A DNA stretch of 64,000 nucleotides from IMG/VR virus record IMGVR_UViG_3300020471_000004, positions 168,693-232,692 of that record. One strand, written 5' to 3'. Below the pieces are notes generated by a model. It was not told the origin of the DNA, did no database searches, and worked only from the letters and a program-made list of their open reading frames with translations. This document shows positions 10,526-19,637 of this stretch, piece by piece. The position numbers and the translations under genes are program-made. Position 1 is the stretch's first letter, and each line of letters begins with the position of its first letter.

Positions 10526-10792
10526 ATGACAATAAGCAAAAAAGAGCAAATAACAGGACTAGCAGTATTGGTTCTTTTCATCCTAGGGTGCCTAACAACT
10601 TCGGTAACTTGGTTATTCTCTGATTCGTTAGGGTACATGATACTAGGGCCAGTACTAGCAAGTTTAGGAGGGATTCTTTCAGCACAATCAAATAGCAGTA
10701 CAATAAAACGCGTCCAAGATTCTTTTGTCTGGTTATGCATACTAGGCATTGCAGTAGGTATGGCGTATGGACTATTTTTATTAAAACAATAG
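10526..10792 (+). CDS. small membrane protein (about 3 TM)
   Basis: three hydrophobic segments in 88 aa. Confidence 0.6.
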   Translation: MTISKKEQITGLAVLVLFILGCLTTSVTWLFSDSLGYMILGPVLASLGGILSAQSNSSTIKRVQDSFVWLCILGIAVGMAYGLFLLKQ

Positions 10793-10840
10793 ACTGACCT
10801 GTGTAGCAGTCGAAAACAAAAAGAAACAAAGGAGAATAAA

Positions 10841-11443
10841 ATGGCATCAGTTGAGAAATTAAAGCAGCTGGCAGAAGGTGGCTTTGGTTCAAGAGCGAAC
10901 TACATTGAATACAAAGTAGATAATGCACTTAGCGTATTTACCAAACATTCACGCGCACCCTTCTCTGTTTTAGTGGCTGACATTGGTCCCCATTTTGTAC
11001 CACGTCTAGGGATACAAAAGAATATATTTTCTTGTTTTCCTCAGCTTCACTCTAATCAAAGCGAGCGAGGTACTTGTGTGCCTGTTCCTGTAGAGTTTGA
11101 CGTAGACATTAAACAAAAAGCAGTAGCAGGTAACCCTAATCGCGTTAAAACTATTATTCGAAAAGGTGTTGTAGGCGCACTGGTTATTCACCCTAATGAT
11201 CCTAGCGAAGTTCGCAAGCCTGAGGATCCTACTTTGTACGATTACATGAAACAAAGCTTTACAGAGCTTGTAAAGTACTGTAACCGATCAGGCGCTAACA
11301 TTGGTATGAATCGAATCGGTACCGAAGACAAATGGCCTAACCACGAGTCTATTATAGAGCAAGTGTGTTACGAGCAGAATTTTAAAGGCAAAGTCTTTGT
11401 GTATACCCCTCGTGAAAAACGTAAACCAGCAGGTGGTCAGTGA
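10841..11443 (+). CDS. degenerate macro-domain protein (Poa1p/TARG1-like)
   Basis: GIQKNIFSCFP, GTC, YDYMKQSF, IGMNRIG, W..HESIIEQV, KVFVY follow the macro fold order; Gly-rich loops eroded; AAGGAG SD. Confidence 0.5.
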   Translation: MASVEKLKQLAEGGFGSRANYIEYKVDNALSVFTKHSRAPFSVLVADIGPHFVPRLGIQKNIFSCFPQLHSNQSERGTCVPVPVEFDVDIKQKAVAGNPNRVKTIIRKGVVGALVIHPNDPSEVRKPEDPTLYDYMKQSFTELVKYCNRSGANIGMNRIGTEDKWPNHESIIEQVCYEQNFKGKVFVYTPREKRKPAGGQ

Positions 11444-12081
11444 TTACTGACCTTTACCAGGTGCCTAAAGAGTCTGACCTAATGGATTTCATCTTTTTAG
11501 ATGGAACTATAGTAAGCACCCGGCAAAAGTCAGAGCAGCACGGCTACAAGGTAATGGATCTTGAAGATTCAGAAGGTCCTCAAGGTAGAGCTTTTACTAT
11601 CTATACTAGCATAACCAAAGTGGTGGCGACAATATCTAACCCCTTAAACACCGAGACTAATCTTAACATAATAGTGAACTACGTTACCCGATGTGTTAAA
11701 GAATACTCTCCGTTTATGTGGGAAAAGTTAATAGACAGCGAAGCCTCTTTCAAGTCGTTTAAAGACATTGCTTTGCACCACTCTCTTGCAGGTACTATTT
11801 TTCACGAAATAGACGATAGTAAGATCGTTCACTACAACATTACTGCGGTAGAAGATTGCGAACCTGAACCTATAGACCACTGTATTTTTGCAAACGGTGT
11901 GTTTATAGGAATCTCTAACAAACTTTCTCTTAGTGTGATAGAGGTAATAAACAGGTTCTTGTTTAACAAAGAAAAATCTAAAGCAGTAGATATGTATAAG
12001 GCTTTGCGTTACGCAAAAGACGACAACAATCTACCTTTGATTCCAGGTATAGATGATTTAAGCGGAGGAGGCGTTGCATAA
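11440..12081 (+). CDS. hypothetical protein
   Basis: GTGA overlap, 213 aa. Confidence 0.55.
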   Translation: MITDLYQVPKESDLMDFIFLDGTIVSTRQKSEQHGYKVMDLEDSEGPQGRAFTIYTSITKVVATISNPLNTETNLNIIVNYVTRCVKEYSPFMWEKLIDSEASFKSFKDIALHHSLAGTIFHEIDDSKIVHYNITAVEDCEPEPIDHCIFANGVFIGISNKLSLSVIEVINRFLFNKEKSKAVDMYKALRYAKDDNNLPLIPGIDDLSGGGVA

Positions 12082-12686
12082 TGAACCAAGAACTAGAAGT
12101 CAATTGGTCTATTTTAGTTATACCATCTACTACAGAAGGTGAAGTAGATGATGCAGATTTGCTTAGGTACATGGACTTTAACTGTGCTTTAAACAGTAGC
12201 CTGGATACCGTTCACTCGTGTTCGAATTCTTTAAACTTAGTATTCGGAACCGACCGTGAGCTTATCGATATTTGGTACGCAGGTAAGCGTAAAGACGAGT
12301 CTACCGAAGAGTTATACATTCAATGGATTTCAGATGTTATTGAACACCTTGAAAGCCAAGAAGTCGATATTCTATTACGAGTAGAGATAGAAGGCTCTGA
12401 CAAGGTAGACGTACTTCGATACACTGACCTTAGTGTGCAGCTAACCCAATGTCGATTTATCTTGGATGATGATATTGACCTTATAAACATGGGCGCAATG
12501 TTAAAAGGCATGGACCCTATACCTTTTGAAGATAACACCTTTGTTACGCTAACATACGAGTCATCTTACTCAGGTTCGTATAAAGCGTCTTCTCCTGTGT
12601 TGGTAGAAGGATACGAAAATACTTTTGATGTGTTTTCGTTGCTAGAGCAGACTAAAAGAAAGTTTAAAGCAATTTCTAAACTATAA
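12081..12686 (+). CDS. hypothetical protein
   Basis: GGAGG SD, TAATG coupling. Confidence 0.55.
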   Translation: MNQELEVNWSILVIPSTTEGEVDDADLLRYMDFNCALNSSLDTVHSCSNSLNLVFGTDRELIDIWYAGKRKDESTEELYIQWISDVIEHLESQEVDILLRVEIEGSDKVDVLRYTDLSVQLTQCRFILDDDIDLINMGAMLKGMDPIPFEDNTFVTLTYESSYSGSYKASSPVLVEGYENTFDVFSLLEQTKRKFKAISKL

Positions 12687-12694
12687 GAAGCTAT

Positions 12695-13510
12695 ATGAAA
12701 CCGATTAAAGTAATACGATATTTTTATCCAGAATCATTTATTAAAAATACATGGAGTAAGAGTCCTGGCTCTAAAAGTGCAGAAGATCTTTTAATTAGGT
12801 TTCACAAAAAGCACGGATGTGTCCTTCACCTAAATCCTGTTAACTCCAAAGAGTTCGAGTTGAAAGGAATATTCTGTCATGCTAAAGCAGACAGAAAAAA
12901 GTCTGATCCTGTACATGACTTTTTTAGCGCAACAGGAAAGGACACATCCTTTTTAGGGATTCCCTCTACGGTTCACAGCATCAAGAGCCTTAGAGCAGGA
13001 AGCAAGATAGAAAGTTTTCTAAATTCTGAGATACAGCCTGTGTACCCTGTGTGGTCAAGTCTGGCACTAAGTATTCAAGAGCTAAGTACCTCGGAATCTA
13101 TATGTATTCTGCAATTCTTTGTCCACAGAGACCAAGCAATACCTATCGTATGTGTGCTTGATACTATGGACGTTGCAGAAAAAGGCGAGACTCCATTCTT
13201 GCCTTTATTTGAGACTCCTATTGGTTGGCATGAAGTTCCTCGAGGCGTGTTCGAAGATATAGTCAACCTTGATTTAAAAGATGCCGCTAGAGGTATCTTA
13301 CAACGTAAAGGACTTAAACAATATAGACCTGATTGGGTAGTTCTAGAAAACCTTAGCCGAATGTCTAAAGAGTTTGCTAAAGAAGGCAAGAACTGGCCTG
13401 AGTATAAACGTACAGGATACAAAAACCAAATTGATACTTTGGTAGACTTTGCTGAACGTTTAGGTCTTGATGTTTCTAAAGTGCTTGACCGAATTAAGGA
13501 ACAGAAATGA
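12695..13510 (+). CDS. hypothetical protein
   Basis: 271-aa ORF in operon. Confidence 0.55.
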   Translation: MKPIKVIRYFYPESFIKNTWSKSPGSKSAEDLLIRFHKKHGCVLHLNPVNSKEFELKGIFCHAKADRKKSDPVHDFFSATGKDTSFLGIPSTVHSIKSLRAGSKIESFLNSEIQPVYPVWSSLALSIQELSTSESICILQFFVHRDQAIPIVCVLDTMDVAEKGETPFLPLFETPIGWHEVPRGVFEDIVNLDLKDAARGILQRKGLKQYRPDWVVLENLSRMSKEFAKEGKNWPEYKRTGYKNQIDTLVDFAERLGLDVSKVLDRIKEQK

Positions 13511-14250
13511 CAACATGTGTAGGCTTTACCCGAAAAAACGCTATGTATATAGTAGCAGATAGGATGACCAACGATGGTCGCTTTCAGGTATCTTGTAGAG
13601 ATGAAAAAATCTACGCTGTAGACAACTGGGCTATCTGTATTGCAGGAAGTGTTAGAGTGAGAGAGATTGCATACGGTATGATTGACCGACTTAGAAACTG
13701 TGCTGAGCCTGATCTTGTGTTGCTTGAAGACGCATGTCCTGCCAAGTATTCTAGAGACCTTATATTGGATCTAGTCAAAGGTAAGGTACCGCAGTCTATC
13801 TCCAGTTGGCCTGGCTATTTTCAGCGTTGCTTAGAAGAGTTTTGGAAACAAGTCCAGAACCTAGTTAAGATGACAGACACCTACGGTCTTAATCTTGCAG
13901 ATGACCCAGATATAGAGACAGAGTGGTTAGTAGTATCTAAAGACCACGGTACTTTCACTATAAGCCGCAATGGTTCTATATCAAAGACACCTTTTGCTGT
14001 AATCGGTTCTGGTCAAAACGCAGTACGTGGCGCTATTACTCTTTTGGCAACTAAAGGTATATCAATGCCTGCTTTAGCTTCAATAGACAAAGACCACGCT
14101 ATTGAGGATTACTTTCTATCACTACACGAAGGTATAAACGGAGATGAAAGTATATTAGATCAACTAAACACCTTAGTGCAAGTGGCAGCAAGTATAGACT
14201 TGACTACCGGTTACGACACTACCCACTTTTATTCGTCTGACAAGGATTAG
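13507..14250 (+). CDS. HslV/proteasome-beta-like Ntn threonine peptidase
   Basis: N-terminal M-T-T, ADR, downstream K (DEKIY), IAGS, AVIGSG, D..TG near the C-terminus. Confidence 0.75.
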   Translation: MTTCVGFTRKNAMYIVADRMTNDGRFQVSCRDEKIYAVDNWAICIAGSVRVREIAYGMIDRLRNCAEPDLVLLEDACPAKYSRDLILDLVKGKVPQSISSWPGYFQRCLEEFWKQVQNLVKMTDTYGLNLADDPDIETEWLVVSKDHGTFTISRNGSISKTPFAVIGSGQNAVRGAITLLATKGISMPALASIDKDHAIEDYFLSLHEGINGDESILDQLNTLVQVAASIDLTTGYDTTHFYSSDKD

Positions 14251-14252
14251 TT

Positions 14253-14888
14253 ATGGCTATTAATGAAAACCTTATTGAGGTAAATCAGAATATATACAGA
14301 GCTCTAGAAGAACTAGGTCCATACGCGCAAATTAATCCTAGAATAGAGTACTATATCAAAATGCTAGGCATGATGCACAGTGCAGGTGAAGACCTTATTA
14401 GTGAGCTACCTGATGCTATGGCAGAGTTAAGCAACATACCTTGTTCTTTCAGCGATTTACTAGACGATGTTAATTTAATAGTGTCTAAAAGCGAAGGCGT
14501 TGTGGGAGTAGGAGCTATTCGAAAGGAACATGGATTCGACTTTACCAAAGCTGTAACTTACAAAGACAATAACTTCACAAGTGCTTTATTAAAAGTGTAC
14601 GCGTGTTATGCATCGGATTCTCCTACAGAGTGTTGCGCAGGAGAATCTATTCAAGTAGACGGTAAAAAGTTTACATCTCTAGCCTGTTCTGATCTTGTTC
14701 AAGGCAAAGACCCGCGCATCCGCATCTATGAAAAAGAGGCACAGAAAGCAGAGACTGTTTTGTACCTAGACAAAGCCAATCTATCTGTTTCTGATGTGTG
14801 TGATATATGGTTCGACCCTTTCATTGGCAAAGTAGACATAAAGTGGTGTAAGCCTTTTAACGGATCTGTTTTATTGGAGATTTTATGA
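14253..14888 (+). CDS. hypothetical protein
   Basis: AAGGA SD, 211 aa. Confidence 0.55.
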   Translation: MAINENLIEVNQNIYRALEELGPYAQINPRIEYYIKMLGMMHSAGEDLISELPDAMAELSNIPCSFSDLLDDVNLIVSKSEGVVGVGAIRKEHGFDFTKAVTYKDNNFTSALLKVYACYASDSPTECCAGESIQVDGKKFTSLACSDLVQGKDPRIRIYEKEAQKAETVLYLDKANLSVSDVCDIWFDPFIGKVDIKWCKPFNGSVLLEIL

Positions 14889-15460
14889 AAGTGCCTGACC
14901 AAACTGCTGCATCAATCTGGGAACAACTTATTTCTACGCGCCCTTCTTCGGCAGTTTCTATAATGCGTAAAGGGTGGACCCCTGATCAGATAGACCAGTG
15001 TATTGCAAAGTACTACCTTAAAGAGTTTGAAGATTGCGAAGCCTACGCCAAGTCTTTTTTAATCAAATACGGACTTTATGAGGTGCCTAGCTCTGTAGTA
15101 AGGCTTACTACCGTAGCCCGAGATATTGGAGTACCTCTATACGCAGCTTACCATGCTTCTAAAAAGTTCGGTAACAGCCCAGAGCTAATTGATTGTCTAG
15201 GGCTTAGGTATATAGAAGTGTTTGATACTCATTTCGAAAGAGAGCATTTCTTTAAAACTTTCGGTATAAAAACCGATAAGGCTAAAGCTGACTTTATGGA
15301 CCTTTACTTCACGCACTACGATACTATAAAGGCTTGTGAAAAATACGGCATTGATGTTCGAGCTCGCTATACGCGCATGACTAATGCTACTGAAAAGGCA
15401 TTTAAGGAAGGCGGTAAGCTTAAAAAGAGCGATACGAACGACAAAATTTTTGAGGTGTAA
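14885..15460 (+). CDS. hypothetical protein, possible HTH
   Basis: LTTVARDIGVPLYAAY resembles an HTH; GGAG SD. Confidence 0.5.
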   Translation: MKVPDQTAASIWEQLISTRPSSAVSIMRKGWTPDQIDQCIAKYYLKEFEDCEAYAKSFLIKYGLYEVPSSVVRLTTVARDIGVPLYAAYHASKKFGNSPELIDCLGLRYIEVFDTHFEREHFFKTFGIKTDKAKADFMDLYFTHYDTIKACEKYGIDVRARYTRMTNATEKAFKEGGKLKKSDTNDKIFEV

Positions 15461-15461
15461 T

Positions 15462-16031
15462 ATGATTCGCGATCCAGATTTTAAGGTATCTACTCACTTT
15501 AAGTTCAAAGAAGTTTTCAAAAGTTACGAGGCAGAGCGCCTAGGCATAGACAACGGTTCTTTTATCACAGAAGATATACTTGCCTGTGCAGTAGCTACTG
15601 CTGAAAACATTCTTGAACCTGTTCGTAAGTGGGTCAAACGTCCTATGACTCCTAGCAGTTGGTTCCGTTGTGAAGAATTGGAATTTCTCCTGTGTAGCGA
15701 GTCGTTCTTTAAAAAACTTATGCGTAAAGGCATACCTGGTGTAGATAAAAATACTTACCTCCAGTACCCTACGCTTTATACCCTAGGCGAGCAGTTTATC
15801 GCTGAATGGAAAGAATACTATGAACGCAAGCAACATCCTAAAGGAATGGCCGTCGATTACGAAATCCCCGGACTTTCAAACCAAACTCTCTTCGAGTGGT
15901 CACGCGACAACCTTCGATTCGATCAGCTTATTCTGGAGTTCCATAGACCAGAACTTGGATCTAACTCGGGATGGGTTCATGGAAGCTATAACTCAAAAGG
16001 GCCTAATAGAGGTCAATTGCTTCGATACTGA
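15462..16031 (+). CDS. peptidase M15 family endolysin candidate
   Basis: STHFKFKE, ILEPVR, SSWFRC, QHPKGMAVD, FDQLILE, WVH; start moved to ATG 15462 after GAGGTG SD. Confidence 0.85.
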   Translation: MIRDPDFKVSTHFKFKEVFKSYEAERLGIDNGSFITEDILACAVATAENILEPVRKWVKRPMTPSSWFRCEELEFLLCSESFFKKLMRKGIPGVDKNTYLQYPTLYTLGEQFIAEWKEYYERKQHPKGMAVDYEIPGLSNQTLFEWSRDNLRFDQLILEFHRPELGSNSGWVHGSYNSKGPNRGQLLRY

Positions 16032-16371
16032 TGTATTTACGGTTATTGGGCTTTACTTGAATGCTGACTTCTACAAGGTAAATGGCGTAATAGGTTCTCA
16101 CCTGTTTGACAATTACCAGTACAACACCACTTTTCGTATGGGCAGAGCATACTTTATTAACGGAGTATGTTTCTATCCAGGATATTACGGTACTTGTGCA
16201 AAGGCACAATGGGTGTTTAACGAGCATGAAGCTAACCTAAAGTCCATTAAACGTAAATTTTGTACTGCGCCTTACGTATGACAAAACGAAAAATGGGATT
16301 GATAAGCGGCATTGTGTTTATAATTCTTTGCCTCTTGTCTGACTTACCCTCAAATAAAGAGATAACTGATC

Positions 16372-16563
16372 ATGCATGTTTATTCTGCGATTGATTGGTT
16401 AAAAGATAATATATCGGAAGTAATTGAAAACTATTTGGTGGGAGACCAGGCAAGCATGTTACTGCTGTCTAGTTTTTCAGAGTGGTGTGTTGATATGAGT
16501 TCAGAGAACTATTGTGACTTACATAATAGTGTAATGTTCTATAAGCAAGCCACATCTCACTAA
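16372..16563 (+). CDS. hypothetical protein
   Basis: last ORF of + block, overlaps the convergent gene by 4 nt. Confidence 0.35.
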   Translation: MHVYSAIDWLKDNISEVIENYLVGDQASMLLLSSFSEWCVDMSSENYCDLHNSVMFYKQATSH

Positions 16564-17138
16564 ATGGCAACTACTAGGGACAGTACTGCAATAATACGCC
16601 AAGTTATAGAGTCTATTTGGTTTTCTGTAGCTTGGCGTTTCAGTTCATCTTGATAGTACTTGTTAAACTCTTGCATACGCCTAGTATGAGCATACTCTAG
16701 TTTAAGCATCCTAAGTACTTGGTTCCTTTCTTCAACGCTTAGTTCTAGTATACGGTCAAGTTTCTCTACTAACTTGCCGTTTTCCCTTGCAGATATTACT
16801 GCATCTCTTATTTTGAATACGGTTTCTGTATCCAAAAGAATATATAATTCATCTCCGCGTTCTGCTAAAGGCAACTGACCTTTATTCGTATCTTCTGAAC
16901 CTACATGTACCTCTTCGTATAGCTCAAAGTTATGGTCATATCTCTTTCTTACTACACGAGCTGCCTTTATTTTTGCTTCTATATCACTAGGGTATTCTAA
17001 TGCTTCGGTACGAGTATGAGTTAAGTTTTCTAATTGATTAAGCTCTTGGTAGGCTGATGGAGTTTCGATACGCTGCTCTGTAGGAACAGCGCACCCGGCT
17101 ATTGTTATACACAACACCCCTAAAATATTTCTTACCAT
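16560..17138 (-). CDS. spanin-like outer-membrane lipoprotein
   Basis: signal with lipobox IAG-C, coiled-coil body, hydrophobic C-terminus; overlaps the i-spanin-like gene. Confidence 0.6.
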   Translation of the reverse strand: MVRNILGVLCITIAGCAVPTEQRIETPSAYQELNQLENLTHTRTEALEYPSDIEAKIKAARVVRKRYDHNFELYEEVHVGSEDTNKGQLPLAERGDELYILLDTETVFKIRDAVISARENGKLVEKLDRILELSVEERNQVLRMLKLEYAHTRRMQEFNKYYQDELKRQATENQIDSITWRIIAVLSLVVAI

Positions 17139-17461
17139 TTTGAACTCTTGAACGATTCTAGGTTTTCTTTGTCACTTTTGGAAGGGTCGTACTTGGGAGC
17201 AGAATCAAGTTTATTGTGTGCTTGCTCTGCTACTTGCCTCAGTTCCTCTTTTTCTTGAGACAAGCTATCAGTAAGCTTTCGGCTTTCTTCAAGCTGTTCT
17301 TTTAGCTCATCTTCGTTAATATCTCTTAACTTCTTTTCAAGTTTCCCTACACGTTTACCTTTAGCGCCTCCTGTTACTGCAAGTGCGATTCCTGCTAGTA
17401 CCATGCCTAAGCCTGCAACAATGGCAAGCCACCATCTTTTATACCAAGGTTCTTGCGTCAT
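17132..17461 (-). CDS. i-spanin-like protein
   Basis: N-terminal TM (WWLAIVAGLGMVLAGIALAV) followed by coiled coil. Confidence 0.6.
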   Translation of the reverse strand: MTQEPWYKRWWLAIVAGLGMVLAGIALAVTGGAKGKRVGKLEKKLRDINEDELKEQLEESRKLTDSLSQEKEELRQVAEQAHNKLDSAPKYDPSKSDKENLESFKSSKW

Positions 17462-17808
17462 TTTGTATCATCCTGTCTAAACGCATCGCTAGCTCTTCGT
17501 CTAGGAACTTTGTTGCTAGGAGGGGCCTTATTAAACATGCTATCAATAGCGTAACCTACCGCAATAAAAGTAAGTAAACTAGGATCTGCTTCTGTGTATA
17601 GAATGGTAAAGTAAGAACTAAACACTGCTATTAAGGCAGTGATGGTTTGAGGTTTGTTTTTAGACCAGTAAGTATTCCAGTCTGCTTCTAACTTGATACA
17701 CTTTTTTACATAGTGTATTAATGTGCCTAATATAGTTATCCCGAAACTAAGTAAGATATAGCCCCAGGAGTAGTCTGCAATAGGACCTAATAGGTGTGCG
17801 ACATCCAT
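17458..17808 (-). CDS. holin-like membrane protein
   Basis: 116 aa, 2-3 TM segments, charged C-tail, directly upstream of spanin-like genes. Confidence 0.55.
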   Translation of the reverse strand: MDVAHLLGPIADYSWGYILLSFGITILGTLIHYVKKCIKLEADWNTYWSKNKPQTITALIAVFSSYFTILYTEADPSLLTFIAVGYAIDSMFNKAPPSNKVPRRRASDAFRQDDTK

Positions 17809-17815
17809 AGGTATT

Positions 17816-17843
17816 AGTTGTAGCCCTAAAGAGAGCTACAACT
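17816..17843 (-). terminator. intergenic hairpin
   Basis: AGTTGTAGC...GCTACAACT 9-bp inverted repeat; no clear U-tract. Confidence 0.5.
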
Positions 17844-17851
17844 TGATCCCA

Positions 17852-18136
17852 TTATAGACCTGCTTCTGAGGCATCAATTGTGCCGTCATCTACTAACTCT
17901 TGTTTACGTCTAACCCAACGCTTTTTGACTTTATCAAAGAAGCTTTTTATTTCTTCTTCGTTGCCTTCAAAAGGTGATTTGTTAAAACCTTCTTCTGCAA
18001 TCAGTCCGCGAAAGAATTTCTGATACTCTTGCTGTAGTACAGATTGCTCTGCACTTTGAGATTCAAGCTTATCTGCTCTGTTTAAGGCACGGTTGCCTAC
18101 AAGGGTTAAGCCGTTAAGATCAAGTTGCGCTTTCAT
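17852..18136 (-). CDS. small probable head-associated protein
   Basis: YQKFF...KSP...KSFFDKV..W resembles a short motif I recall from T4-like head-region proteins; contains ESQSA. Confidence 0.45.
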   Translation of the reverse strand: MKAQLDLNGLTLVGNRALNRADKLESQSAEQSVLQQEYQKFFRGLIAEEGFNKSPFEGNEEEIKSFFDKVKKRWVRRKQELVDDGTIDASEAGL

Positions 18137-18143
18137 AGTATAC

Positions 18144-18719
18144 CTAGTCTTTTAGTACTGCTAGTTGCCCAGCAATCGTGATTGAAATTTCTTTAAGGGT
18201 AGCGTCTCTAACTTCAGGTGCTTTTAGAGAAACTATTTCACCGCGTTGAATCAACATGTCACCTGGTGCTATCGCAGAGAATAAGCCTTCTTTTACATTA
18301 GCTTCGAAAACTATTGTTCCTAATTCACGAACTACGTTGCCGTCACGGTCAATGATCCGTAGATTAAAAGTAGCTTGGCTAGTAGCAGCTTCTTGTGCAA
18401 GCGCCAGGCTTTTATCAAAGTCTGCATAAATAGAGGCGGTTCGTACTGCTATATAATTGGCTACGATAGCATTAGGTTTAGGACGACCTATTACTGTCAT
18501 ACCAATATCGTAAGGTTGCTTTTCGTCATCTTCTTGGATTACCCAATCAGACTTCGCTCCGCTATATACGTATATACCAGGTAGCTTATCACTTACAGGT
18601 GCCGTCAATTGAAAAACTTGTGCGTTAGTAGGTTCAGTAGGAAATTCAGTACCACGGTTATCTATAAATTCCCGTGTGATTTCACTATCGTCTATCAAGT
18701 CAATACCGTCTGCCTTCAT
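18144..18719 (-). CDS. probable virion structural protein
   Basis: beta-rich ORF in the fibre operon. Confidence 0.5.
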   Translation of the reverse strand: MKADGIDLIDDSEITREFIDNRGTEFPTEPTNAQVFQLTAPVSDKLPGIYVYSGAKSDWVIQEDDEKQPYDIGMTVIGRPKPNAIVANYIAVRTASIYADFDKSLALAQEAATSQATFNLRIIDRDGNVVRELGTIVFEANVKEGLFSAIAPGDMLIQRGEIVSLKAPEVRDATLKEISITIAGQLAVLKD

Positions 18720-18952
18720 GACACTCTCACTTTTCCTGTAAACGGGCGCGAGAAAGATATTACCAACGTATTTAGATCTTGATTGACCTGACTCTTAGGT
18801 AATATCTTTTCAAGTTTACCGTCTATACTTACTAGAACATCGCATACAACTTCACGCCCAGAGTTGTGTACCACAGTCCAAGTATCACTAGGTGTGTCTT
18901 GGATGTGGGTATGTCCGTTCTGAATAAAGATTCTTTTACCGTTAATAGGCAT
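18716..18952 (-). CDS. small fibre-associated protein (WTxxHNxG module)
   Basis: TWTVVHNSG...LP...SFS.P.TG. Confidence 0.55.
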   Translation of the reverse strand: MPINGKRIFIQNGHTHIQDTPSDTWTVVHNSGREVVCDVLVSIDGKLEKILPKSQVNQDLNTLVISFSRPFTGKVRVS

Positions 18953-18961
18953 ACAGTCTCC

Positions 18962-19579
18962 TTAGATTGCAATAATCTTACCAGTAGTAGGTGAACTGAA
19001 TTCAACGGTAGCGTTGTTTGTATCTACGTGAAGAATGCTGTGCGGCTGTATTTCATAACCATCAACAATAACACGTATAACAGGTTCATAACCAAGCATG
19101 TGCGGAACATTGACAACAGTTTTGTTATCAAAGGTAACATCAAACCCTATATTAGGTTTAGGAGTCCCGTCAATAGAGCCTAGAAGAACTACAGCTTTAC
19201 CTATCATAGGTGTGTCGTTGAATGAAACAATAGTAGAGTTATTGTCTACTGCTTCAATCTCTGAAGGTATGACAACTTTACCTGTTTCATCAAAACACTG
19301 GACAATAGCGCTGGTGCTGTTCATGTTATGATTAATTGTCCATGTAGCAAGTGCTTCAACCTGTCTGTGTTCATAGGTATAAAGTTCTTGCGTCATAGGA
19401 ATCCAGATAGGCGAATCAGCTAATTCAAGACAAATCATAACACGTTTATCTTTGAATATAAAAGACCCTACTCTAGGTTCTAACGGCCAGTTCTCTACCA
19501 TAGGGAGGGTAACATTGCTTAGGTGGTTACCTAGCAAGTCTAGTCCGCCTAGGTGTTTCGTATTCGAATAATGTCTCAT
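18962..19579 (-). CDS. fibre-associated protein with two HNxG-type modules
   Basis: TWTINHNMN and VNVPHMLG repeats; GGAG SD. Confidence 0.55.
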   Translation of the reverse strand: MRHYSNTKHLGGLDLLGNHLSNVTLPMVENWPLEPRVGSFIFKDKRVMICLELADSPIWIPMTQELYTYEHRQVEALATWTINHNMNSTSAIVQCFDETGKVVIPSEIEAVDNNSTIVSFNDTPMIGKAVVLLGSIDGTPKPNIGFDVTFDNKTVVNVPHMLGYEPVIRVIVDGYEIQPHSILHVDTNNATVEFSSPTTGKIIAI

Positions 19580-19600
19580 GTTTACTCCTACAAGAACGAT

Positions 19601-19623
19601 AAAGAGGGAACCGAAGTTCCCTC
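19601..19623 (-). terminator. Rho-independent terminator, C(UUCG)G loop
   Basis: minus strand reads GAGGGAAC-TTCG-GTTCCCTC-TTT after the 566-aa gene. Confidence 0.75.
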
Positions 19624-19637
19624 AGACCGAATGGCTA

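Noticed and set aside
15384-15461. N-terminal extension of the M15 peptidase in the ORF track
   Set aside because: Overlaps the upstream gene; ATG 15462 has a good SD.
15820-16281. 153-aa ORF as listed
   Set aside because: The first ~70 codons overlap the endolysin; only the 3' part may be coding and no clear start was found.
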